Counted from the first letter of the stretch, positions 1 to 13,493 are shown. The stretch: DNA of 64,000 nt from Kudoa neothunni (GCA_964304625.1 OZ199838.1:14627907-14691906); one strand, 5' to 3'. Made by a program: numbers and translations. Notes: generated from the letters alone by a model not told the origin.

Positions 1-1015
1 AAATATTATAAGAAATATATTGTATAAATAAAGGCAGATCAACATTCCAACTAAATAGGTTTTTAAAAAGTGCGTGGGATTGGTTACTTACGGTATAAAA
101 CCTTTATTTTTGTTAATTATTGTGTATATTAAAATAAAAAGTTACAAAGGAGGAATTATTATATAATAGAATGTGAGAACGACTAATGCAAGAAACGTAT
201 TTTTTATATAAATAATGGACATTAAAACAATATTTAATAAGATTTTTGTAGTTGCTTTTTATTAACAAATTCACAGAGTTCGGACAAGGTATATGAAAGA
301 GCAACGCGCATATAAGCGACTTCTCGAGTTAGTTTTTATGGTGAACAGCATGGAAATCTAGTTTCACAATAATTTTCCTCAATACAAGAAGTAATCATTC
401 TAACTGCATAACTTGCAACAATATTAAACAGTTTTTTGAAATTTATATCTTTTCCAAATAAGAAACCAAATACACATTATTTTTATAAGCCTTTTTACAA
501 AAGGAGTGATAAAAAAGTAAAATTTGTAATATATAGAAATATTTATAAGAAAAAACATGCAAAAGCATATTTGATAATTCAAATATTTACGCTAATATTA
601 AAAAACACCCAATTATAATGAATGTATGTTAGTAAAATTGGAATCAAATCTTATTGAAAGTTCTCACGGACTCTCTTGGATTCGACTACGGACTCCTTGA
701 GGGTTCGTGAGCCTCAGAGTAAGAACTGGTGCCTTAGAGAGTTAATTATATCCTTGCGACTCTGAGAAAATTCACGCAGGCGCGAAAGAAAAACTACTAG
801 ATTATACTTTTATTACACAGAACAAAATCTTATAAATAGTACAAAATATAAATTCTTAAGATATATTACGTTTATATGGGAAAATAAGAAACTTGGATCT
901 ACACATTAAAAGGTTGAAAAATTTAATCGAAAAACATTTTATGAACAGATGGATTATGTGAATGTTCAATATGAAAGTTTTAATAATTATATAAATAAAT
1001 CGGCATATAATAACA

Positions 1016-4000
1016 TTATTCATCATCTGCATCATCCTCATCAGATTCTTCGGAAGCTTCTTCAAGCCAGCCGATGAATTTACCAAGCTAAATAATTTTA
1101 AAATAAGTAGGCGATCAACAATAAAGTTCACATTTTGTTTTCTGAATTCAAATTGTTTTTCAGTCTTATCAATGTCTGTGGATTCTGAGAGGGTTTCGCG
1201 GGAGGATTTGTTCCATTGTAAAATTATCTCATCCTCAATAATGTCACGTTCATACAATTCGTGTACAAATTTGAGGTAAAATTTGCAAAAATGGGCCTTT
1301 TCAGGGATTGTGGCGCATTGATAAAAGTAGTTTTCGATCAATGAAAGCAGTGAGCATTGCTGTTTTTCGTCGCCAATATACATCTTCAGTAAATCAATAA
1401 CTGGAGGCAAGATCTAAACAGAAATAGTTTGAATAGGCCCAAAAAGTTTGCACTTTTTTGTAGTTGTATAGCAAGTCCTCATCTTCATTGGGTTGGTTGC
1501 AAATGGAAGAAATGGGGTTGGAATTATCATCGGATTTCATATTCTCGCCAAGATTTGCATTTAAAATAATATTGAGTGCAGTTGGAACGACGTATGAAGC
1601 CATTTCATCAATACAAATATTATAAGCATGTCTATACGCATTAAGAGCTTAGTTATTAAAAAGAGATCGAAAAAGTAGTCACTTTGATGCATTGATTTCC
1701 AACACAATGGTTTCTTTGGGTAGATTATCACGCACTCCAAACAACATGCTATCATGGACCTCGCTTTGGAATTCTAAGAAAGAATCATATTAATGTAGTT
1801 TATAGACCTGCTGTCAATGCAACAACAGCGAAAATATTATCAGCAATATTATTAGTAATAATAATTACTGGATTGATCATCATGGAAATCATTATCAAAA
1901 TCAACACTATTTCCGTCATCAACAAGCAGTTGATTGGTGAAATATTCTCGGCAACTGACATTGAAGGGACGTTTGCACGCACCCCACATGTAGTGAATTT
2001 GGAAATGATCGGGTAGAAGGAGTTGTTTAGTTGTGGAATTTGGTAAAAACTCATTATCAGTCAAATTTTGTACTACATGAAAACACAAAATGAAAATTGT
2101 GTCCTACAACTATCACAATGCTTATTACTGGATTCATTTTCTAACATTAAGTAGGTTTGTTTGCTAATACTAACATCATCTGGTATTGTACACTGAAAAC
2201 AATCATTCAAATAAATTGTAAAACAACCGATATCTCTATATCAAATTACACCGTAAGAAATTATAGATCCCCCTTCAATTGTCACATTCCTAGAGCAAAC
2301 CACCACGAAGTTTAAACAAAATTTTTAAAATTGTAATTGGTATCACTTTCCAATGGCAACTTGACTGTCAATAAATGAATTTTTAATAGTGGATCCATCC
2401 TCGATGGTCACACCATCCCATATCACCGACTCCAATATGGTCACATTATTTCCCAGCACACAATTAGATCCCACATAACTATAGCGAATAGTGCTACTGA
2501 AGCCGACAACAGTTTCTTGATCAATGACCATTTTCATTGGTTCATATTGTGTTCTTTATACATCAAATTAATCGATTGAATTATTGAACATAATCATTCA
2601 CATTTACCAGACACACTATCTTACCTTTTGAAAGTACAATTTTTTCCGAAATAAACCAAATTTTTGTGTAATCTATATCCAGACGATTCCAGTGTAATGG
2701 GATATGCCCACCGATTAATTAAATCCATTCTATTACAAAACATATCACATTTAAAACTACCATTTATAGGAATTTAATCGTAATATACAGTGTACTATAG
2801 TAGCTATTGAGTGTGCTTATGTTGGACAAATAGATATGATTTTTTAAGGTTATATAATGGATATTATAGTTGAATAGAATCTTGGTGGTTACAAAATTAA
2901 CAGTTTTAATGATAAAAATTGGATACTTGGCCAGGATTCAATACATTGTTGATAAGACAATTAATTCCTTGGAAATCGAAATTGTCGACAAACAATTGAG
3001 GTACCTATTCAAACAAGTAGATGTACTATGACGCAAACCATTAAAATTACAATTGGCGAACAAATATACACTCCGGATGGGTGCAGGTTGCAACCAGCCG
3101 CTAATTTTCGGTTAAATTGAAGATAACTCTACAAAGATTTGTTAAAGGATTAGAATTGGTTAGAGTTGCACCGATACCACATTTTTAAAACGAGTACGAG
3201 TACTCCAAATTTCAGTACTCGCCGATACCATGTTCTACGCGTGTCCACATTTTAAATTTCAATTGTTTTAGATGTTTGTTGTATTCTAATGAGATTACAC
3301 CAAAATTTTTAGCCATTCAAAAAAAAGTTTTATTTCTCTAAAATCCACTGATTTTACTTAATAAGGGAACTTAACTGATAGTATTGTATTGTATTGTCGG
3401 TCAGTAAAATATTAATTTCCTCAAATAATGTTTTGATATCCATTACACGGTGAACTAGTTAATTCAGTAAGGTAGAACAAATATTTAGCGCGAGATTGGT
3501 ATTTTTATTCATAAACACATCAAACCATGAGTAATATATTTTACCAGGTAATTAAATTGTTCGCTTGCCATATTTTTAAAAGATATTAGCGCGAACTACC
3601 AGCGTTACTCGGGGAAGATTTTGCATAGAGACATTTCTTTATAGTATTCAAAAAAATATCGTTTCAAATTGATTTATAGAAGCAGTCAAACTAAATTTTT
3701 GTTAAGCATCGTACTTTGTCGATTTGGATTCGAAATTTAAATCATGGTCATTTCTGTGCAGGAGTGTATCAAATCAATCCTGGTTCATAATTAACAATAT
3801 CTTGTCCTGACACCAGTGATAAATAATTTACGATCAGTGTCATATTTATTTTCGTTCCCGAATTATATAAACTCTCTTAACGTGCAATGTAATACGCTAT
3901 TTTTTAGCCCGGGGATTTTTAAAGTCGAATTCTGGACCGGCTCGGAAAACATGTGCACCACTAACTTTTTAAGGGATAAAAATAGAAAAAGTAATAGAGA

Positions 4001-6182
4001 TGAAGAAAACACACGAAAATTAATTTTTGTTGCTCAAATTAATATCGTTTGCCCCCCCCCCCCCCCCGCATAAATTTTAATGCCCTTTTTTCAACAAACA
4101 TTGAATTATTTTATTTCTTTCTTAGTTATTAACTCAAAAGTTATTTATTATTACAATTTAGATTTTTTACTACTGATATATAACAATTTTATATAAAATG
4201 ACTTTAAAAATAAACTATTTGCAAATTTCACAAAAACATCTCGTTTTTTATTATAATAAAAATACTTTATGAACTTTTAAATATAGATATTAATTTCGCA
4301 AGATTTGTTTTAGTTTATAATTTTTTTTATTAAATCTTTTGTTAGAAACTATTCAGTTTTTTTTTAAATTCAGGAACTTAATTTTAGAAATGATTATATT
4401 AATTTTTTACCTTGAAGTATGTGTAAACATTTTTGTATATGCCAAATTTTCCTAACAAAAAATTCGGCAAAATATACTAATTGTAAATATTTCAAGATGT
4501 AAACATAATATGTTAATTCAATTTATTATTTATATCGGGACACATATAATTGACTAAAACTAATAAATTTATAGAAATAACAATTTTTTCGTTTTTTTAT
4601 AACTACATTTTTACGTTTATCGAATGCTATACTAAAAACACACGTAAGAATTTCTCTAATAAAATAATAATTTCATATAATCGACCTTAAGTTATTTCTC
4701 TATTGCAATTAAATATTGATTAATTATTAAAAAATCTCATCAAATCCAAGAAAATTAAGAAAATATATTTAGAGAGCACGTAATTATCTTCTCGCTTTTA
4801 AACTATACATGCTTAAAATCTGTATAATTAAATTTGATATTGTAAAATTTATATTTATATGGTAAAAATATAAAATAGAACAAATTTATGAATGCTTATG
4901 AAAACAAATTAGAGATCAATTCAATGTTTGTTGAAAAAAATAGAGATTGCACGTGTATCCGGCCACGTTCTGATGAGAAATTCTCAAAATTTTAAAGTTG
5001 TTATTTTGAGCTGAATTCTTGCTCACCATATTCTTTTATTTTATTAATAAGAATCGGTAAAAATATACGAAAACCATGCGCAAGAGGACGTTTTTTATGT
5101 GCCGCACACTTTACCATTACCTGATATTTTATTGACAGGCCTAATGAATATCGCAAACCTAATATATTTTTTGTACTATTCAATGGTGAAGTGGATAAAG
5201 ATTTATAAAAATGTAAGAATAATTTTAAAGAGCAAATTTAAAGATATCTTGATATATTTTAATGTAACTTGACACACTATTCTTCATTACACACTGGTTT
5301 TAAAAAACGAAATTTTATTGGTATCGGTTTTAAGTATCGGTATCTTTTGGTGAGTACCGAGTACTGCTCTAAAGTTGGTATCGGGGCAACCCTAGAATTA
5401 GTATTTAAATTTAAGTAAATTACATAGGGAATTCCTTCATGAAGATCACAAAACTTTTTTATATACACTAGTTTATGTTCTTTTCGATCGACCAATGTGA
5501 AATATGTGGTGTCAAATTCGGAATTTTTGTGCAATAAATTGTAATCTTTAAAAACAACGGTCATCAAATTGTTTTTGTGGGTTTTTTTGTATTCCCTATA
5601 AATTGTGAGTTAGTACATATTTTTAAAAGATGTTGACGTGAATTCCGCATAAAAAGTTAGTTAAAACATCACTTGTGTTGTATCACTAGATCATATAGAT
5701 TCACTGTTGAAACCATGAATCCAGTCAATAGCAGGAAATCTTGAGAAACAACGTGTTTGTAATTTTGCTCCAGTTCTCTCATCACATCTCCAACTGAATC
5801 GCAAATCTCGTTGGCTACAGTGGTTATCATCACATTCAATGTGGGATGTTGTTTCAACAGTTGACTAGTGGAAATGTGTTCTTTGATCACTTCTGCATGT
5901 GAACAAACCACCACCAACACTTCAACTACGCCACTTTCAACCAATAATTTTAATGTATAGTCGATAATTTTAGCGTTAAAAAAGTTCAGCAATGTCTAAA
6001 ATAGATGAAGCTGTTTATTGGAGAAAATAATCGTTGGAGAATGATACCCGAGGTTTTTTGTAAGTAATTGGTAGGAAACGCTGATTAAAACTCTCCGCAA
6101 GTACCACCGCGCGTAACACAAAATCCTCATTTTTCCAATCATCATCGTTCTTTTTCTCCACTCTTTTCGAATGTTTCCTCAT
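1016..6182 (-). CDS. EIF2B5: Translation initiation factor eIF2B subunit epsilon (multi-exon)
   Basis: ATG at 6182 gives MRKHSKRVEKKNDDDWKNEDFVLRAVVLAESFNQRFLPITYKKPR. Spliced exons give VYICSPIVPQLFVDNFDFQ, a hexapeptide beta-helix (SYVGSNCVLGNNVTILESVIWDGVTIEDGSTI), LEINASKHAYN and a W2 domain (LYERDIIEDEIILQW ... KFIGWLEEASEESDEDDADDE*). Stop at 1016-1018. Confidence 0.95.
3161..5394. mobile_element. hAT-type DNA transposon (decayed, non-autonomous) inside an eIF2B-epsilon intron
   Basis: TIRs TAGAGTTGCACCGATACC (3161-3178) and GGTATCGGGGCAACCCTA (ends 5394). 8-bp TSD GAATTGGT (3153-3160) / GAATTAGT (5395-5402). Subterminal CCGATACC and GAGTAC repeats at both ends. No intact ORF. Confidence 0.85.
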
Positions 6183-7330
6183 CTCAATCTTCAATCACAA
6201 AATCACCCGTGGCAACTGTGCAGTACGATTTTTCCTCTGCGTACGCATAACAATGTTATGACATTGGATGGGCGTTGTTTGCAGTTTGAATTATACTGAT
6301 GCCAATCGGCTTATACGCCACGTAGGATAAAAATGGATATTGGATACTGCTAATTTTTAATGTTATTTTAATCATCGAACAATATTAAATTTAGATATTA
6401 TTATCATTTTATTTGTACGATGATTTAATGGACAAAAATTTTTATTTGGATGCACGTCTTGCTGTTTTTCCGATGAAAATAGCATCACGTTTCGTTGTTG
6501 TGCTATATTTTCTGTATTAATTTCCGAGAGAATGAAGTAAATTTTGGAAGTGATATTTGAATAATGAATTATTTTAATTGAATCAAAATATTAAAGGTGT
6601 CAAAATGATTAAAGTTTCTAGTGTACTGATTATAGTATTTTTTTGAGAAACATCAGGTGCTACAATTAAATTGGTCCTTTGATAAAATTCCTCGTCCGTA
6701 AAATCAAGTTAAAAAACTTGAATATTTCAGGAATGAGGAGCAATGTGAGCGGTTGATCCAATAACATGATGATAAATGTTATGAATAGGTCACTGACTTT
6801 ATAATTAAACTGAAAATTAACGTATCTATGTATTTTTGAGGTATAATTATAATCAACTTTTTTTATTTGATGCTTCAAAAAAATGATGCCAAGTCATACT
6901 ACAGTAATGGATAGGTCGTCCGTAATCCCCTTGGAGATGGGTAAATTGCACGTACTGTACTACCGGTCCCAACCAAATAGTATGCATTTTTTCGCGCCTG
7001 CGAACAAAAAAAATTATGACACCAAAACTAGCTATAGCTTTAATATTAATGAAAAGACAGTTATTTTTCCGGTTTAAATTACATTTACAATTGAACAAAC
7101 ATCCGAAATAGAATTAAATATTAACTTCCATTTCTTTGAGTCATGATGTTTCAAAATTTTTTGCCAAACCCCTTTAAATAAAGTAAGGCCGTGCTTGAAA
7201 GGTTCAATTTTTATGAATACAATTACATTCCGTTTCTGAATCATTAGGTATGGACAGTCATCGCGTCATTGTTACTACTATGAATTAGAGGGGACACATT
7301 TGTGAACCACATTATTATAGGGTTTTTCGA

Positions 7331-7405
7331 GCTTTAGTGACATCATGTCAAGCATTAGTGACATCGTGTCAAGCATTAATGACATCATGTCAAGCTTTAG
7401 TGACA
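7331..7405. repeat. Subterminal 21-bp tandem repeat (about 3.5 copies) at the transposon left end
   Basis: GC(T/A)TTA(G/A)TGACATC(A/G)TGTCAA x3 plus a partial copy GCTTTAGTGACA. Each unit contains the palindrome TGACA-N3-TGTCA. No spacers. Confidence 0.9.
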
Positions 7406-7543
7406 CGTGCGTAATTTAAGCTTATAATTACGTTCACATTGTAAATTAATCGAATAAAAATAATATGAGTGGTATAAATTTAACATTACACGTTAGTTTA
7501 ATATTTGTGAACTTTAAAAACAGATAATAGCGACGATTCTCAA

Positions 7544-8566
7544 ATGACAACTCGAACCAAATTTAAGAGACAAACAATAAGTGACCGAGATAGGAAAATG
7601 ATTGCTAATCAGTGCGAATTGGGTTACAGCAACGCCGTCATCGCTGAAAATGTTGGAATTAAGCGACAAACTGTTGCTTCAATTGTAAAATCGTATCTTC
7701 TTGATGGGAAAGAAAAGTCATTAAAAAGGGGTGGTGACTTTTCTTCAAAACTCAATGAAGATCAAAAGTTGCGTATTAGAAGTTGGGTGGATGAGGACGC
7801 CACCATTACCCTTAAGACTCTTCGTCAAACATTATTAGACGAATGTGGCGTGAGTGTTAGCGTTAGCACAATAAATAGATGCCTTAAAGAATTCCATTAT
7901 TCTTTAAAAATGCTCACCATTGTTCCTGAACGAAGAAACTCTGACGATACAGTGGAAAAACGTTTTGTGTACGCCCAAGAGTTCAATTCAAAATTGCTTG
8001 AGGCAGAAGGCAGCAACTTTGTTTTTATTGACGAAGTTGGTTTTAATGTATCGTCACGTACAAGACAGGGTCGTTCGCTTGCTGGTACATCAGCATATGT
8101 AAACGTGAAAGCCGTCAAGTCAAGGAACATACCCGTCATCGCAGCGATGAATAAGTATGGCATGGTGCTATATAAAATAAATCGAAGACCAGTAAATGGC
8201 GAAGATTTTAAAGAGTTCCTCATTGAGTTGGCAGATTTGTGCCGTTCTTTGGAAATTGAAGATCCATGCTTCATACTCGATAATGCAAGGATACATCATT
8301 ATCGGGGACTTAGCGAAATTTTAGCAACGTTACAACTAACGTTGATGTATCTACCTCCGTATTCACCCTTCATGAATCCAATTGAAAATGTTTTCAGCAA
8401 ATGGAAAAACCATGTTGTGAGAGGACATGCAAGAAATGAAAGCGACCTTTTAAATTTAATAGATGATGGTTTCAAAGTTATTTCCACCAACGACTGCTCA
8501 AATTATTATCGAAAAATGCTTCGATATATCAGCAGATGTTTGAACCGAGAAATTATTTTAGAATAA
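7544..8566 (+). CDS. DD34E transposase (IS630-like/Tc1 family), intronless, 340 aa
   Basis: N-terminal HTH region. Catalytic motifs FIDEVGF, ILDNARIH and YLPPYSPFMNPIENVF, with 34 residues between the second D and the E. Confidence 0.95.
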   Translation: MTTRTKFKRQTISDRDRKMIANQCELGYSNAVIAENVGIKRQTVASIVKSYLLDGKEKSLKRGGDFSSKLNEDQKLRIRSWVDEDATITLKTLRQTLLDECGVSVSVSTINRCLKEFHYSLKMLTIVPERRNSDDTVEKRFVYAQEFNSKLLEAEGSNFVFIDEVGFNVSSRTRQGRSLAGTSAYVNVKAVKSRNIPVIAAMNKYGMVLYKINRRPVNGEDFKEFLIELADLCRSLEIEDPCFILDNARIHHYRGLSEILATLQLTLMYLPPYSPFMNPIENVFSKWKNHVVRGHARNESDLLNLIDDGFKVISTNDCSNYYRKMLRYISRCLNREIILE

Positions 8567-9565
8567 GTATAAATTATACGATAGTGTTTGGATATCTTTT
8601 TCAAATTCCCAAAATTATTATTTGTTGTTCATTCGAAATTTAAAGTAATATTTTCGTATTTTTTTACCTAATTATATAGCTATCTTAAATACCGTGTCAC
8701 TAAAGCTCGGAAAACCCTATATATATCTATAGCATGTATGTATTTACCCCTCATTTTTCAACTAGCTACCATATTTATGTAACCATAAAAACTGGCTAAT
8801 TGTTCATCTGTGGCAAAAAAATGAAAGAAAACGCTTAATTTAATCACGCGGCCAAAGCAAAAAGGTTCGTAAGACCGATCCTCGCGTGACTTTTTATTTT
8901 TCGTTTATTCGTAATAATTATGCGTATAAATAAATTAAAATGAGTAATTATAACATCATAAAATTTTTAAAATCATTTTAAATATGATAGAACCTTTTAC
9001 TGTGTAAAAAACTGATGTACGTACGATCGGCCCGTTACTGTAATATTTGTTCAATAAACAATCTAAACATTTTGTTATTTGAGTTTGAGCGTGGTTTAAA
9101 AACAATTTTTTTGGAATTTAATCATTTTAATAAAAATAATAGTTAATTTTTAGAATTTGGAAAGAGAATTTTTATGTGAATGTAAATAAAGCGTGGTATC
9201 TATTTTTTTTAAGGGATCTTATTAAGGATCAGTAGCCACCTATTGATAGTGATATATAATGGAACGTAGATTAAAAAGAAGTCCTACAAAATTATGCTAA
9301 AGAAAAATTAATCCTTAAAGATAACCTTGGGCTCTTGGATTCTATTTTTCTATTACTTTTCTTATAAATTTTGATGTCCAATTTGTTTTATTTTGTGCAT
9401 TTTCGCCAGAATTTCACCAAATTTAATAAAATATTATTGATCAACCGCTATAATAAATGTGAATAAATCTCCAGCAGAAATACACAAAATATAACATGTT
9501 TTACAGACAAAAATAATATAAAGATGGATACACGGATCCGAAGATCATCCTTTAAACCTAGAATA

Positions 9566-11801
9566 CCTGGAGGTAGCCACTATGACCAATCAATGCCTAT
9601 TATATCAAACTCTTACAAAATATTTTATTTCCTTTTTTCCATTAGTGTATTTTATAATATAATGATGGTTTTAATAAAACTTAAATAATACAGTTTAACG
9701 TTTAATTCTTTTGCTTAAATCAAAAAAAGAGAAAAAGTTATACACATACCTGAACGTACCCATCGTGGTCATCATTTAAATAATAATTTTTAGATGGTAA
9801 AAACTATGTAAAAAAACTTTTCTGAGGTAAAATAAAAACTATAAATGTAATTTGAAGCAAATATTTTTTAATTCATTTTTTTGTTTCTATAACAACTTGG
9901 TTCTGTCAACTAATTTAATCTGGCATGTGAATCGCGCATGTTATAATAATTTTGTTAAATTACATATCAACCAAAAGTAGTAAATTAACATAACTGTCTA
10001 GAATTTAATTTAGACCATCTCATCATAAATTAAAAATGTAAAAATTCATAGACTGTATATATTTCTTATTCATAAATTAAATTGTAATGCCAAGTTTCCA
10101 GTTACAAAGTATGAATTTATATATAATTAACATATTCCCGTCAACAGTGGGAGAGGTTTCATTATAAAATAATAATAAGAAGACGACGACGACGACGACT
10201 AAAATGTGAAAAATGAAACAATGATTAAACAACTTATTTCTAATTTTTCACGCTTTCACAATACAGTCAGAGTCCAACAGGCCTCGTACGTAATGAGTCG
10301 GGGAATGGAGTCTCATCTGATTACGTATGAGCCCTCGGCGCTTGCGCGTTTATAATTTTTTCTGAAACTTTTATTCTACTTTAATCATTGTTTTATGCAT
10401 ACTTAACTGAAATAAAATAAATTTTGACGTTATTGCGTCTATTTTTATATTGAGTGAACAATTTTAAGGTGAAATAAATTGAACGAATCGATGGTCTATT
10501 GGTGATCTAAAAAAATTCTAAAGGAATTATGAAATTGCGAAAATTACAAATAAATAGTAACAACTATTCTTATGTAATAAAATGTATTTTGATTGTTTCT
10601 AATTTGTTCGGCTCTAAATATCTCAATACAAATTCATGCTATCCAATTTATAAATACTTTTAGAAAAATCATATTTTCGTTATCGTTCTTGAATCGTTTA
10701 TAATACTTATTAGCTTCCTTTCCGACACCTAAAATGCCTTTAACTTGGTTCAATTATTTTTGCTTTAATATCTTAAATAAATCTTTTTAATATTCGAGAG
10801 CTTGATTAAATGAAATAGGTGGATTCAAAATTTCTGATTAAACTTCATCGGATGGATTTTAATCATCTTTTTCAGTATTTTTTAAATCCTTAATTATTTT
10901 TTTAACGTTTGCTTAAAACATTTTTAGGCGACCACTGTACAAGGACAGCATAAAGGTTCTCATTCCATTCTGGGACGGTTCCAGCCTCAACATGAAACGT
11001 AACATATTTTAATTTAACCCGGTCTTTTAATCCTTTAAACCTTCCGCAGTTGAACTTATCGCTATTATTGTTACTTTCCTTTGGAGTGAATCTACTCGAC
11101 ATTTAATGGTAATATCAGTGTTAATAATACCGCCATTCACTCTTGTTTAAAATATTCATTTATAAACTTTGTTATCAACATGACGACTGAGACCTTATTT
11201 AAAATTTTTCGAGAATTGTTCAAAAGTCCTAGACCTCCCAATTTTAAAATTACATATCTAATTATAATCCCATTAAATTTTGACATTTTTTTCAGGCCGT
11301 ACTTATCCATAGTCATTTTTTTAATTTCTTAACTCGCGTAAATAATCATAATATTGAATTATTTTATATTTCTGAGAAGAGCTTTTGTATTTTCGCGGTT
11401 AGATAGATTTTATTATTCCCGCGATTTCGCACGAAGCATGCAAAGTGTACTTTTAGGTACATTTTCCATTACGTAGAATCGTTGCCTTACGTACGAGCCG
11501 TGTTTCTGATTTTATTTTTTACAATGAATAATATTTTTTTCATTTTTAATTATTTGATAGTTAAAAACATTTTCTTTATTATAATAAAGAATTAGAAAAT
11601 TAAAGTTTAGTTTAGTGTGAAAAAATGGCGAATATGTACGAGCCCTGTTGCATTGTATATACAGGCATAATTATTTTTATTCAATTTATTATACTTTAAA
11701 ATGTAAAAAATAACGTAAATAATTATATTCATAACCTTAGGTGCAACGATTTTTATTATTTTAGTACATTATTGCATGTGGTCGAATTGGCTACCTCCAG
11801 G
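9566..11801. mobile_element. TA-flanked TIR element (Tc1/mariner-like, non-autonomous)
   Basis: TA|CCTGGAGGTAGCCA (9566) and TGGCTACCTCCAGG|TA (11801). Inverted similarity extends about 28 bp. Confidence 0.75.
10264..11655. mobile_element. Second decayed TIR element nested in the 9566-11801 element
   Basis: CAACAGGCCTCGTAC (about 10275-10289) is inverted relative to GTACGAGCCCTGTTG (about 11636-11650). Internal TTACGTA(T/C)GAGCC repeats at about 10321 and 11487. Boundaries approximate. Confidence 0.5.
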
Positions 11802-12360
11802 TATTCGTTCGACTTTTTTCCTCTGGTGTTTAAGTTTTAAGACAGGGGTTGATAACGGGGAGAAAATTAAATGACATCAAAATTTCGATAGGGTCAATTT
11901 TAGCATAGTGCAGTTTTTTACAAATTTAACCCTATTACACCGGAATTTTTTGGTTGCGGTCTGAAGATAAAGTATTACGTAAAAGTGGTTATTTAGAACG
12001 CCTTAAAAATATAAAATTCTCAAAATAATTTTTATCAGTCATTATCATCAAATTATAAGAAAAAATGGAAATTAAATAAAAATCCTGTTCTTATGTATTA
12101 TAACTGCGTAAAAATTCCACGCATAATTTAAAATGCATTTAAAACTAATTTTCTGTCTGTTTTAGTAAATAAGGGCTCAATATAATTAATATGTTTACAT
12201 CGATTGTTTTTCTGTGTGTGCGAGCCAATTAAGTTGTCAATTTCTCGGTTTCAAAACTATTTCATACACAAAATATTCAACGCTGAAAATTTTAAAAAGA
12301 GCTAAAACGATTTGAGTTCAAGCATATATATTTTCATTCTCATGAAGTAAAGATATTATA

Positions 12361-13493
12361 CTAGCGTAAACTGCTGACGTTGTTTGGGAATTTTAGGCAG
12401 TGAGAAGTTTCTTGAAAACTTACAAAAATACGTTAATACTTCAAATTAACCTATAGAAGGAGTAAAAGTAAAATCCTTTGAGCATCATACTATAATGATC
12501 TTGATTTAGAAATTTATATCATGATCATATCTCTGTAAGGGTGTTCTAATCCCGGCGTTCAATTAACAACTAACAATTTTTTTGCCGCAACCGACACAGA
12601 ATAATTTGAAGTCAGTGTTATGTGTATTTGTATTCCTTTATGGTTTAAGTTCCTGTAAAAGTGTTACCTAAGACATTATTTTTTATCCCAAAGGGTTTTT
12701 GAAAGTTGGATTGTCGTCCAGCTCAAAAAGTTTGTGCACAACCATTTAAGAGAGATAAAAAAGGGAAAATTATATAGAGACAGAAAAAAGAGACATACGA
12801 AAATTCAACTTTATCTCTCAAATTAATCTCTTTGCTCAGCATAAACTTTAGTGCACCTTTTCGCATAAACAACCATAAATCGCGTCAGTATCAGCATAAA
12901 TAATTTAAATAATTAGATGAAATAAAATTGCAATTATCTACATTGAATTAAATCACTAAAAGATCAACAAAACGATTGATTACAGTGAAATCTACGGATA
13001 CAGTGCGGGTATTATAAAATTTCTTTCGATTTGATTATAGCATACATTGCTACTTTGCTATTAACAAAGCTAACGTAGATTTCTTGTCATATCTAAAACC
13101 ATTAATAGAACTTTCAATGTATTTTTATCAAATCAAACATTAAAAATTCCCTATTGGTGGTACCTTTTGCGGAAAACCCCAAAAGGAAACGCCATCTTCA
13201 TATACAAAGATAGATGACAGTGTTTAATTAACAACTGATAATCACTATGGCATAAACTGGTGTTGATCCAATTGTTGAAATCCTGTGACCCCTTAAACAA
13301 AGTTTAAATTGACAAAATCATTATTTTCTAATATTTTTTAGAAAATTGGTGGCGTAAAAACGATCGAACGATTTTTGACAGCGTCGCAAACTTTTTAAAA
13401 TTTCATAAATGTCTCTCTATTAGGAAGAAATTTTATTGCACATGAGTACTTGCTGACACACACACGGACACTACAACTTTATATATAGTAGAT
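12361..13493 (-). mobile_element. Non-autonomous Helitron-like element
   Basis: On the minus strand it starts TCTACTATATATAAAGTTGTAGTGTCCGTGTGTGTG and ends ...CAACGTCAGCAGTTTACGCTAG|T, giving 5'-TC and 3'-CTAG termini at an A|T site. Confidence 0.6.

Larger units (their letters stand above)
7318..8719 (+). mobile_element. IS630/Tc1/mariner superfamily transposon, apparently complete (about 1.4 kb)
   Basis: 25-bp TIRs TAGGGTTTT(T/C)CGAGCTTTAGTGACA with 1 mismatch, TA on both flanks, and an uninterrupted transposase ORF inside. Confidence 0.95.

Noticed and set aside
1-731. Possible hAT-Charlie remnant (ATSRVSFYGEQHG fragment and a TIR-like end near 700-731)
   Set aside because: Too degenerate, and the other end would lie outside the window, so it is not listed as a feature.
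1808-1810. Possible 3-nt micro-exon (CAG) in eIF2B-epsilon
   Set aside because: A single intron of about 90 nt keeps the frame equally well; it cannot be decided without cDNA.
6690-7315. Possible Helitron Rep-protein relic interrupted by the IS630-like element
   Set aside because: Only faint, stop-ridden resemblance (YYSNG*VV, TNIRN, IASLL); not supportable without an HMM search.
7331-7405. CRISPR-like look of the palindromic 21-bp repeats
   Set aside because: The units are directly adjacent with no unique spacers, lie inside a transposon end, and there are no cas genes; the context is eukaryotic.
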